Assembly: GCA_036172245.1 (NCBI GenBank) | Contig: JAYWIR010000014.1 | Location: forward strand, 1,612,001 to 1,676,000 | Direction: 5' to 3' | DNA length: 64,000 bases | DNA from: Raillietiella orientalis | Taxonomy: Eukaryota | In this document: one piece after another, positions 50,781-61,951 of the stretch | Layout of the letters: each line of letters starts with the position of its first letter | Numbering within the stretch: position 1 is the stretch's first letter | Made by a program: the position numbers and the translations under genes | Notes under the pieces: generated by a model | What the model saw: the letters and a program-made list of their open reading frames with translations, nothing else | Told to the model about the DNA's origin: nothing | Database searches by the model: none

Positions 50781-53574
50781 ATGGATGCAATGTTGAATCG
50801 TTTCCGGTCTACTGTCTTTAGTACAGTTTCCCATATATCAAATGCTCTCCCTGGCAATCCAGTAATTAGAGAATATGAAGTCAAGCAGCAGACAGGCAAT
50901 GCTGGTCCTGGTAGTTAATTTTACATCTTTGAAAATAAATAGTAATTTAACATCAGGGCTTCTGTGGAAAATATATTCAGGATTCAAAAAGAGCACAAAG
51001 CAGGATGCTGCTATTTTCATGGTAGACAAAAAAAATCTAGACTCATTTGCTAAGCAGGACAGAGAAAAAATTTTAGATCTTTTAAAGAGAGGTGTCTTGC
51101 AGCTTACAAGATTAAGGCATCCTCAGATCCTGACAGTTCAGCATCCCTTAGAAGAATCCAGGTACTGAAATTGCATTATCTGTGTTTCTTTTGTGTCATA
51201 ATGATGAGCAGTAAAAGGTATGATCTGAACACTGTTCACTGCTTTGTCCCCATTTTAAGACTACTTTCTTGTATAAGGTCAATGAGAGTTTTTCCTATGG
51301 GGTAAAACATTTGATTTTTCTTTTTTGTTCACTGTAAGATGAGTATACAAAAAAGAAGTAATCAGACATATGGTGAAGCAGTCAATAAGTGTTGAGAACA
51401 CCATGATCACAGGCACTTGCTGATATCTATGTTTATGTTCTTTTTCTCTTGTGATTTAAAAGTCTGGGGATGCTTTCTTTGCAGGGATAGCCTTGCATTT
51501 GCAACTGAACCTGTGATCAGCAGTTTGGCTAGCATCTTTCAATCCCAGCACTTTTCACTCTATGAGGTAGAACAAAAGTATGGACTAGTGCAACTGGGAG
51601 AAGCATTGACTTTCCTGCATTCCTCTGGGCATTTGTTACATGGTAATCTATGTCCAGAAAGCATTTTGGTAACTCCAAGTGGGGCATGGCGGTTATTTGG
51701 TTTTGAATTCAGCATACCTAGCAATCAGCCAGGCGGGGTAAGAAGCAAAATTAGTTCTCTGCTGTGATTTTTTTAGGATAAATGGCCACTTCCAGATTAT
51801 GGACCATATCAGTTGCCAATAACATTGCCTTCTCTTGATTATCTGGCTCCAGAATATGCAAAAGGAGACCCATTAGGGCCCTATTCTGATATGTTTTCTT
51901 TGGGAGCTCTGGTCTATTCTCTCTTCAATGATGGGAACCCACCACAGTCTTATGGAGGTGACTGGCTTGCTTTCCAGAATAAATGCAAACAGGTGTGTGG
52001 AAAAGATATTCGGGTATATTGTTACTCTGTTATAGGCTAAGCAGATAGCTAGATTAACTGGAATTCCTGAAATATTTCAAGAATCTGTGAAATTACTTTT
52101 GAATCCGAACTTTTCACTTCGACCGTCCATATATCATTTCATGCAGGTAATTTAATAATAAAAAAGAGTTGCACATATGTTTTGCAGGAGGGATGTTTTG
52201 AAGATGTGGGGGTTCGCACACTAAGTTACCTAGATGCTCTTTACCAATGGGATAATAGCCAGAAGGCTCAATTCTATGGAGAATTGCTACAAGTATTGGA
52301 AGTTTTACCACAGAGAGTGGCCCTTCATAGGTGAGTTACAACAAAAGAGCTTCTCTTGGAAAGAGTGATTAGGGTGTTTCCGAATCTTGCCAAAGATTTT
52401 ACTAATGGTTCTTTGGTGCCTTTACTGCTACCTGCTGTACTTCACATATGCCAATACGTCTCCAAAGAAGACTTCAGTCACCTAATCTTGCCTAAACTAG
52501 CACCATTGTTGGCTCCTCAACAGTCAGCCCAAGTTACAGTGTTGTTACTTCGTCACATGGAGCTTCTTCTATCCAAAGCTCCCAGTGATTCTGTTTGTAC
52601 ACAGTTTCTCCCCATCCTAACTCGATCTCTTGATGACCCAGATCCTAAACTTCAAGAACTGGCCCTAAAGGCACTTCCCTGTTATTCAAGTTTTTTAAAT
52701 GGCAGTATCCTAAAAAATAGTGTTTTGCCACGAATTCGTCACCTTCTAACAAACAGTTCCTTGCTGTCCTTAAAGGTGAGTTGCCTGCTGGCATATGGTC
52801 ATTTGTCAGATATTATGGATAAATGGCTTGCTTTGGATGAAATTGTGCCTCTCATGCCACAAATTCCAGCCAAAGAACCTGCAGTTGCCATGGCTATCTT
52901 AGGTACTGTTTTCCTGTATACAACTTTACATTTGTGTTTCTCAAAGGAATCTACCAAAGACTGTTCAGGAATCCCAGATTGGGTTTACCTGTACCTGTTT
53001 TGGCTACTCAAGTTCTTCCATGTTTGCTTGCTCATACTGTCGATAGCAACCTGAACATTTCTCAGTTTCGCACATTGATGGCTACAATTCAAGAGATGCT
53101 TCAGCATTTGGTTGAAGATCGTTTAAGTCGTCTGCAACAATTGGATGCAGTTACTATACCTAACTCAATATCGCCATTAATTTCACCCAAGTTACCATCC
53201 AATGCAGCAGACCAAATTTCTGGGAATGATGAAAAACTGTGAGTAGTAGATGGAGCAGATGCAAATATCTGTGCTTCAGGTTGATTGCAAAGGACCAGAG
53301 GAATTTCAGAACAAAGGATCAGAACATGCTCACTCCTGTATCAACTTTTAATAGTAAGCTAGCATCACCAAGTAACCTTACAGATCAACTCCTTCAGTCC
53401 AATCTCAGTTTATTATCCTCTAGTTCTACTCCAAGCACAAAATACCAACCAAATTTGTCATTAAATATTTCCAATCCTGTTAATCCATTTTCTAGTCAAT
53501 TCCTATTCCCTGAAAACAAAATAACTGCACCAAAACCCCTGACATCAAGTGAAATAACAGATTTGCTTTCATGA
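50781..53574 (+). CDS. SCYL2: SCY1-like pseudokinase 2 (CVAK104/SCYL2 family), complete spliced CDS, 9 exons, 724 aa
   Basis: Hand-spliced exons: 50781-50910, 50957-51161, 51485-51737, 51777-51992, 52036-52146, 52188-52330, 52373-52902, 52947-53238, 53280-53574. All introns are GT-AG and give one open frame of 2175 nt. The protein has SCYL2-type segments: ALPGNPVIREY..GPGLLWKIY, KRGVLQLTRLRHPQILTVQHPLEESRDSLAFATEPV, degenerate catalytic loop HGNLCPESI, GFEF in place of DFG, LDYLAPEY. A HEAT-like helical region follows (LDALYQWDNSQKAQFY, DKWLALDEIVP, EPAVAMAILGIY), then an S/N/P-rich tail with NPF. Family assigned from recalled motifs, not a database search. Confidence 0.95.
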
Positions 53575-53801
53575 GACTCTGTGAGGGACAATTTTTTCTG
53601 CACTTTTCTGCTGACCGTATTCCAAGAAAAATTATGATCCAAAGAGAATTGCGTTGTATTGTGTATTTTCTCCATTGTGCTTCAATTGTTCATGTAAAGT
53701 ATTTCACAAAGTAAATTATCTATGATATGCTTGGTTTTCTTGGAAAGATTTCACTTCATATGGCAGCAACAAAGAACAGACTAATAGTAACACTAAGCAA
53801 A

Positions 53802-53807
53802 AATAAA
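53802..53807 (+). terminator. Candidate polyadenylation signal AATAAA for SCYL2
   Basis: Canonical AATAAA about 230 nt downstream of the SCYL2 stop. The context is AT-rich, so a chance occurrence is possible. Confidence 0.35.
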
Positions 53808-56800
53808 ACTGTGATTAAATGCTAACTTGAAAAAACATCAAAACTGAGAAGGGTGCTGGAATACCTAAAAAGCAGACACACTCAAATTTAGGAGGGTTAT
53901 TGCCACCAAATACATAGCTTTCAGTAGGGGTGATTAATTTGAGGAAAGGATCTAAACCTGAAAGCCCAGGTTTTCGCAACACAATTCATGCTTTGCTTCC
54001 TCTGATGCAAAAAAAATGTTCACTCCCAGAATCTGGATTTGCAACTATTGTTAATCTGATTTGAAAACTGTTGTTTCTGTTTGGCCTTAACTCATAATGA
54101 TTGACTAGAATCATGATGTATGCTGAACTGAAGTATTTTTAGGGATACAAAACGTTTGAAACAATTCAGAGATTTGTAGGAACTTTTCTCTTAGCTGCAT
54201 AAATAGTCAGAAGTTCCCAGTGCCAATGCAACAAACACAATACAGATTCTCATCATGAGTGTAGAGAGCCCTGACATTCAAAAACCTTCCCAAGTACAGA
54301 TACGAAAAGTTCTTCGATGGAGTTAATAGTTCTGTATATTGACTATGAAACTTCATAAACGCAAAGAAAGGAAGTAGATATGAACCACTTCCAACTATCG
54401 GCAGCGTAAGAATGAATCTTCACCTACACTTAAGGTGTTGAAGTAAAAACGAGAAATTTGCTTAGGGAAGTCTTGAGGAAGTTTGCTACATAATAACGAG
54501 CTCAACAGTTTCAATAATTTAATGCGAACTTTTCTTGCTAACCTCGTGATTATATACTTTGGAAGTCCATACAAGCGAAAGGAGCAAGAAACGTATCTGA
54601 TGAATCATTCCCATTACTTTGAAAGGAGCAGAAACTATGCAGTGCAAAGCAAAATGACTTTCTGTTGCATCTCCGAAGAATTCTATCAGTTATTCCATTC
54701 AGACATGTTTGTATGAAAGAGTTTTATAATGAAGCTCATGAATTCGCCATGGATAACTTAAGTTCGTTATTTTTCACTTTTCCGTAGTGTAGCAAAAGGA
54801 TTGCGATAAAATATAAAAGAGAACTTTCTGTGGGTTTTGTACAGTGCTACAAATAATTAATGGCAACACTGAGGTAGTTTAGTATGAACGTCTTGAAAGA
54901 CGATGAGACTAGCACTGTAGTCAAGATCTTATAAGGACTGGGGGATAACGTTTAGTCTGAAAGGGACTGCGGGGATAACACCTAAGTAGCATTTGAAATA
55001 CCAAATGTCAAGAAAACTGGAATTCATAAAAAGTCGTGGAGCTACAAATTATTGAAGAGATGTTTATGTGTAGTGTATTTGTAGATGTATTTATATCTAA
55101 TGAGTACATTAGATTATGTTAAAACCAATTTTAATTTTTAAGATATTACTGACCCATTTCCTCGAGCTATTTCTAAATGAACGTTTAGAAAACCCAATAA
55201 TTCGAATAATGAGAATCGCAAATAAAGAGCTCTGCATTGCTCCCGTTTAGAATCTCATCAAGGCAATCTACATTTGCTTGTATCCATTGATTTCTTTCCT
55301 GTATCTCTTGCTGTTTTTCGCAAGAGTTGAGTTACGTCTCACAATTGATAGTGTTGAAGGTGGCATGTGTTCAACAAGAACACTATAGAATACTTTATAA
55401 TTATTCTACTCGAGAGAATAAAAATCAAGAAATTCCATTTTAAATAGAAATTCACTTCACTGCTCCAGTATTGGTTTCATCGTTCTCTTTGCCTTCAACA
55501 GTCATACGTGCTATGTATATGGATGCTGAACCTGCTCGAGGAAGGAATTTTTGCAGCTCACTGTCCAGGTTCACGAAGCTGAACAAATCATGTACATCAG
55601 ACAAGAAACCCTTCAGATGAGCTCCATGTCCAACTGCTAGTCATTCTTTGTCACAACTGGTTTGTAGTCTTAAAGTAGTGGAGTGCCTCTTCAGGAAGGC
55701 CGTATATCAGAAAGGCAAAGGAAATATGCTGAATGTGCAGCTGTGCATCCCACGGACACTATGTAGGTGACGATTTCCTTCAGTATACATAGTGGGAGTA
55801 TCGATGCAGAATGGTTGGTGTGCGCCTCATGAAGGACGACAAAGACATCAAGAAATTGGTTCTGGATTTTAATGAACCCAGAATCGAGAATTTGTACCCT
55901 AACTCTTCAGATCCAGAAAAATGAAGCTGATTGTAAGTAGCATGATCTTATCGGAGAATGAATATCCTATGCAAAAAATTCTTTCAGTTATGATTTCTAC
56001 ATGCAGATATTTTCTGAAAGAAGACATAAAGTGAAGTGAACAATAATCGCAAAAGTCACTCTCGCATATAATCTTTGCGATCTAGTCTGAATTTAAATTC
56101 AGCTTTGTTAATGTTGTTCATATCGCATATGTTTTCATTCGGATTCTTAATATGAAAAAAGCAATTTCTTCTACCTCATCGCCTATGTTAAAAAGTCAGT
56201 GAGGAAGTAAAAAAAAAGAAAACTGCTATAAGCTGCATTATTGTCAAGAAAAAAGAATCGCAGCTAATAATCAAAGAAATTACATAAGCGCTAAGATCTT
56301 TATAATTACTAATAAAGGTCTTCGAGAATAGTTTCAAAGACTCAGCCACCAGGTTTTAAAAAATAAAATGCACTTTTCAATGAAGAAAACTCCCTCGGAA
56401 TATCTTTGTATGAGTTCTAGCATATTTAAAATTGCAGGACTTCCGATTTTCTTCGAGCATGACAAACTTAATAACTGATTGATTTTTCGAAAAGCAGCAT
56501 TAATGTTATACATTTGAAGACTAGAACTATATTAGAATGTATTAAAAAGTTAGAGATAAATAATACTTGAACCTCTTGGACAAGTTCAGCGTATTCAAAA
56601 AATGCAAGTTCTTTTGGGCAATGCACAGTTATCCACGTAAAACTTGAGAAAAAAACTTAAATTTGTTTTTGGAAATTATGAAAAAGTTGGCTGAAAAGCA
56701 GTTTATATCAGAACGAAGCTTATAGTAGAATGAGGACAAAAAACTAGTATTGATAAAGAAACAAATTTGCCATTTTTTATCTACGAGAAATTCCAAATTT

Positions 56801-59800
56801 TTTTTCCAAAAAGGATGACTTGAGAATGAATGTGATGAGAAGGATGAATTGAATCGAATGTGATGAGAACAAACAATTCGAAATCAAGTTTTTCAAAGAT
56901 ATTTAATTAAGATGTCTTACGAAATATAAAAAATGATCATTATGGTTTTCAGAATATTGTAGAACCATTGACTCACTAACGCTCCCTTGTCAAGAAATGC
57001 TTTTGCAAGCTTGTTTGTAATCCAGTTTAAACTCTCTAGTGAAATATGCTTTTGATAGATCTTTTCATTTTTTTCATGCATTGAGTTTAGGTTTTCGCAC
57101 TATGTATCGTCTGTCATTATCAGGGAATTGTATTTTTGAATAAAAGAGATTTTTCATTCCTAAATGTTAAGTTAAAGAATTTCGTATTAATTTCCTTCTG
57201 TCAAGCATTCGGTTAATCGCTCGTTTATTTTCATCATTCTTCTGTTCTCTTTTTAATCTTCATTAGGACAAAATGTTAGAATGGAAAAAATAAATAGAAG
57301 AAAAAAAAAAGAGAATAAGGTTGTTTAAACTTTTGCATTGATTCAGCCTTTCCGGACCCTCCAGAATTTAACGAATTAGAAATATGCGAAATTTTGAAGC
57401 CTCTGGAAAAATTTGAATGTCTACTGTGAAACTAATGTAGTAAAAGTCCATTCAGAATCAATTGTCAGGTGTATTTTAAGCAGAGGAGCTGTTAATGCAT
57501 AGCCATAGATCATTCGTTTTGCTAACTTCAAATAATTGGAATTATCAAGTACTCTTTACATTAAATCATCTAATTGAGACTAAATATAAATATATTTGAT
57601 GAACTATATATATATATATCATAACTGATATAGTATTCTGTAGTATAATAATGCCTGGCATCCTTGTACTAACAACACGTGCTTTGCTAGCATGTGTTTT
57701 TGTAGTGCCAGATGTGTCGATACCCATTCATGTAATGTTTTCCAATTTGCCAATTTTTACACGCTTTTTAGCATAATTTAGGACTGCTTTCCATCCGTAC
57801 GTGAAGCTTTTTAGGATCGGTAGTTCCACTTTTGTCAGTTTTGTATGTATTTTATTGAGTTGTATGCAAGTTGAAGCTATTAGCAAATGTTCATTATAAA
57901 ATTATAAATTTATATTATAATTTTATTAGTTGTGTATATATTCTACTGAGTTGTATTTGAGTTAGCAATATGTTTATTTATCGTAAAAGTTAACAGTTTA
58001 TTTCAGCCAATATCATAATTACTGTTTAAATATATGTTAAGCATAATTATCTTTTCAAAGAAAGCATCTAAGATGCTGTATTGAATAATTCCATGAAATA
58101 TACCTTGGGTTAGCAAGTTATGTTTTAGTGTTGAATTTATGCTGTTCAATTAAGATGAGAAGATCGCAGCTTTGTTGATATGTGGACGCATTATTAAAAT
58201 TACGGCACAATTAGTAGGTATTACATTGTTCATTCTTATTCATATCGGTGTACTTTAATTTGAAAGTGTTTCTTTAGAGAGTTTCTCATGTGGTGATGCA
58301 CGTTTTCTTGAATTTTGTACCACTAGCTTCATAGGCTTTCAAAACTATTGGGTACTTTTTTATGCAGAAGAATCAAAATGCTCATGTTTAAGTTCGAGTG
58401 CTTCGGGATTAAACTATGTATTCTATTTATTTTGAGCGGATAAAGAAAATGAAACCATTTTTACATTATTTTTTTGGAAACCATAATTCTTAGTTAAGAT
58501 GCATAACTACTTGAAGGGATTGTAGTATGGGTGAAACATTACACTGCAAAAAAAGTAATGTCAATAAAAAAGAATTGCCTATAATAATTGAACATGTATC
58601 CAAAAAGTAAAACAAATAATAGAAAAGGCACTTGTTTTTCCAAATGAGAGTCTTGAGACATGGGTTCGAAACTCATGCTAAAGTAGTGGAAGGAAAAAAA
58701 AAAATTATCTGAACCAAAGTGTAATTTCCCAAACTACAATTGTGTGCAAATTTAATGAAATGTCAAATTAAAATTTCCGTTGTATGAAATAGCATGCACG
58801 TTTTAGGGTTTTGTTTTTAATTCAAAGGATTTCAGATCTTTAGGAAATTTTAGAATCAAGTTTGAACAGTATGTTCAAACTTCATATTAAACTTATTACT
58901 TTGCCCTTCTATGATATCAAAAACAGTGGCATTTAATTGTTTGAAAAGAAATAAGCAATATTTGAAAACTAACTACGCTGGAATGAGAAATTTAGATTAG
59001 TTGCACATGAGGTCCTGTTTTGAAGCACAAGAAATTGATGGTTTTTACAGATCAGGATAATGTAGCTTGGGCAGTGTTTGTTTGTGAAACAGAAGGACAT
59101 GGTATATAAAAGCAACAAATACATCAGCAAGTGCAAGTTTAAAAGAAATCATTGGTAGCATTTTATCAGGAGACTCCAAACAAACCTTAGATGGAAAAAT
59201 CTCATTAGCTGATGAAATAAAAACTTAATGGTTGTTAATGAATAAAAAGTCCTTGCATACTTGAATTGGATGTTTACAAACCAAACAAACTAGTTTTATA
59301 GGTTCTAAGCATTTATTTATTTATATATATATCATTTTGAATCACATTAAAAAAAATTGCACATGAATTCATTTCTGAGAAAAAGCTAAAGAAAAGTAAA
59401 TTAATGATGAAAGTTCCAGCTAGGACTAGGAATATTAGCCTAGGAATTATCATAATTGATAAATCGCATTGAGATATTGAACCCAGGAAAATGGAAATGT
59501 GAGAAAGTTTTGGGAATAAGAAAAATGCTTTTAAAAAAGCTCTACTAAAAAGAAAACAGAATATGTTTTAAAATTAAGTTTCAATAAAAATTCAAGAAAA
59601 CTCAGATCACAAGCACTGTACTTTTCGTTGAATGTAAATTTTGATTAGGAGAATTGCAGACAGAAGCAGTAGGAATTTTAAATAAAGACTATAATAGAAT
59701 TCCACTCTGCATTCTTTCAATTAAAAAAAGAAAATTATGGATACAAGTTTCTTACCGAACGATTCAGTAAAGGAGGTTCTCTTGAACAATGAAATGACTT

Positions 59801-61148
59801 AATTCAGGAGCAGAGGAGGATGAAAGATGATCTTTGATTTGTTTTCTTGGAATGTCATCTTCCCAATCCATATTTGCATTCTTAATTATAAAAAAAAGGT
59901 ATACATCTCTTTGCATAAAAATGAGAATTGCTATGAAAACTTTATTTTATTAGGTGAGATTTGTAAACTGGTTTGTGTCAGTTGTAAATTGTAATTGTAA
60001 GTAAGTTAAAATTCTGTAAGTTTGAAAAAATAGTAAGAGATTTTGCAGATAACTTGATTTGCAAGTATTGCTGGAAACAGCATGGTTGTACTTTAGGTTT
60101 TATTTAAAACCAGAATTATGTTGAATATTAGTTGTTGTGGAAAAGTAGCAGCAATTATTTATTGTTCAGAATACAGTTATATGATCATTTCTCATTATGC
60201 AGAAACTTGAACCTTTATCTGAAAATATAAAGCTTTATCGAAAAGAGTTGTTTGGTTATTCCTTCTGTTAAATGTATGGAAAATTTTTTTATGTATCTCA
60301 TTTTATTTTATCAATGTCTGCTTTAGGAACTGAGTTATGATAAACTAAGGCAAGTGGTATTCTAGAGATGAAATTCAGGACATGGAGACAAGCTTTTTTA
60401 AGTTACTTGTATATTGGAGTGAAGCATTCAATTTTCAGGACACATAAGATGTTTTTTTCATTTTGTCATGGATCATTTTTGATCTACTTTTGATTAGGAT
60501 GTGGTACATCCTGTGTAAGATTGAAATGTCAAGCAGTTTTCTCAAAAGCTTAGGCAGTTAATATGGGAGTTAATACTGCTGCAGGAGCTTATTAATTTTA
60601 TTAATATGTGTTCATTCTGGTCTATATGATACGTTATATTGGTGCTTAGGCAGAAATTTTGATCTGATAGCCATTCATTTATCTGTTTTAATAGGCAAGT
60701 GCATCTGTGTTTGTTCCACATCCTCAGCACATTGCAGATGTTATTGCTTTTTAACAGCCAGGTATTATTTGGTTAATCTCATATTATCTTTCATATCTGT
60801 TTAGACTAGCTGAAATGATTGTTCTTTATGGAGCATTGAAGTGAGTGTGGAACTGTAGGAGTCATTCAAAGTAGATATGGTTTTCATACAACTTATTTTC
60901 CGGGAACACTGAACATGTGAAGGTGCTTTATTATCTCACTTGAAACATAAACATTGAATTTGCTTCCTAAGAATAACAGGAGATTGGTAATTACAAGTCC
61001 AAAATGAAATTTTATTTTGTGGTATGCTTTATGTGAAAGCATTCACTTAAGAAAAAATTTCAAAATCTCCTAAACTGTGCAGTTAGATGTGTACATCTAA
61101 AAAATTATAATTATGAAATGACTGTAGGTCTGTTTCCCCGTGCATGAA

Positions 61149-61943
61149 GTAAGTACTTCTAGTTTTCGTATGATTTTTTGAGGTTTTTCGGTGCGTGAAT
61201 GGCGAGTTCGTTAATGCCTTTAATTTGGAAATAAGTGCTCACTATATTCTCGAATTTAATTTATGCATTAAATTTTCTGATACTATGACGATACATAAAT
61301 ATCCTTATTTCTGACATGAATGTGAAACGCCTATTTCTAGTTTTTATCGTTTTCCTTCATATGCCACTGCTTGAATGTGAAAAAACATAATCTCAATCTT
61401 AAACAACCTTTTTTATAAATTTTTAAAATCATATCCAAAATCAAAGTGTTTTCCCAGAATGACTAAATTGTTCATACTTTGTAAAACAATTATTATTGCT
61501 TTACAGATGCTAAGGCAATTATTGAAAGCTGTAGAAACATAGTTAATCATCTGAAAAATGAGAATGTGGATGTTGAAGTTTTCTTTTGTCAATAAAATGA
61601 GAAGTTGAAAATTGATTTTGCAGTTAAATTCTTTATTTAACTGCAAAATCAGCCACTGAGAATACTTGATTCTCCTAGAGATTACATCCCTTGTATCCAA
61701 AATCATGATTTGAGATCTGTCAATGAACAATTATATTTGTGTAGTTATTAGAAAACAGTACTAAATAAAAACAAAGAAAAGCTACTTTGGTGATTATTCG
61801 CTATTGTTGTTTCATTTATCGCAATTTTTCTTTTATTAATACATTTGAATGGAGTATGTTTGCAAAAAATTACAACTTTTTGTTTGGAAACCGAGTTTAT
61901 TTAATTAAATTGCGTTTTTAATTTTTAGTATTTTCATTTCCAG
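61149..61943 (+). other. Candidate 5'UTR intron of the URB1-like gene
   Basis: There is a strong acceptor ttttcatttccag (ending 61943) 8 nt before the ATG. A consensus donor GTAAGT sits at 61149 in a locally CpG-containing patch (about 61140-61260). Pairing this donor with this acceptor is an inference. Confidence 0.4.
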
Positions 61944-61951
61944 AAACTGTG

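Noticed and set aside
54870..54890. tgaggtagt, a let-7-like 5' end
   Set aside because: Only about 9 nt match and there is no convincing complementary arm.
58659..58677. tRNA T-arm/B-box-like hairpin catggg-TTCGAAA-ctcatg
   Set aside because: No A-box, D-arm, anticodon arm or acceptor stem is present, so no tRNA or SINE can be supported.
61413..61730. 105-aa minus-strand ORF in AT-rich DNA upstream of URB1
   Set aside because: It has a non-ATG start, I/L/N/F-biased composition typical of AT-rich noise, and no recognisable domain or splice partners.
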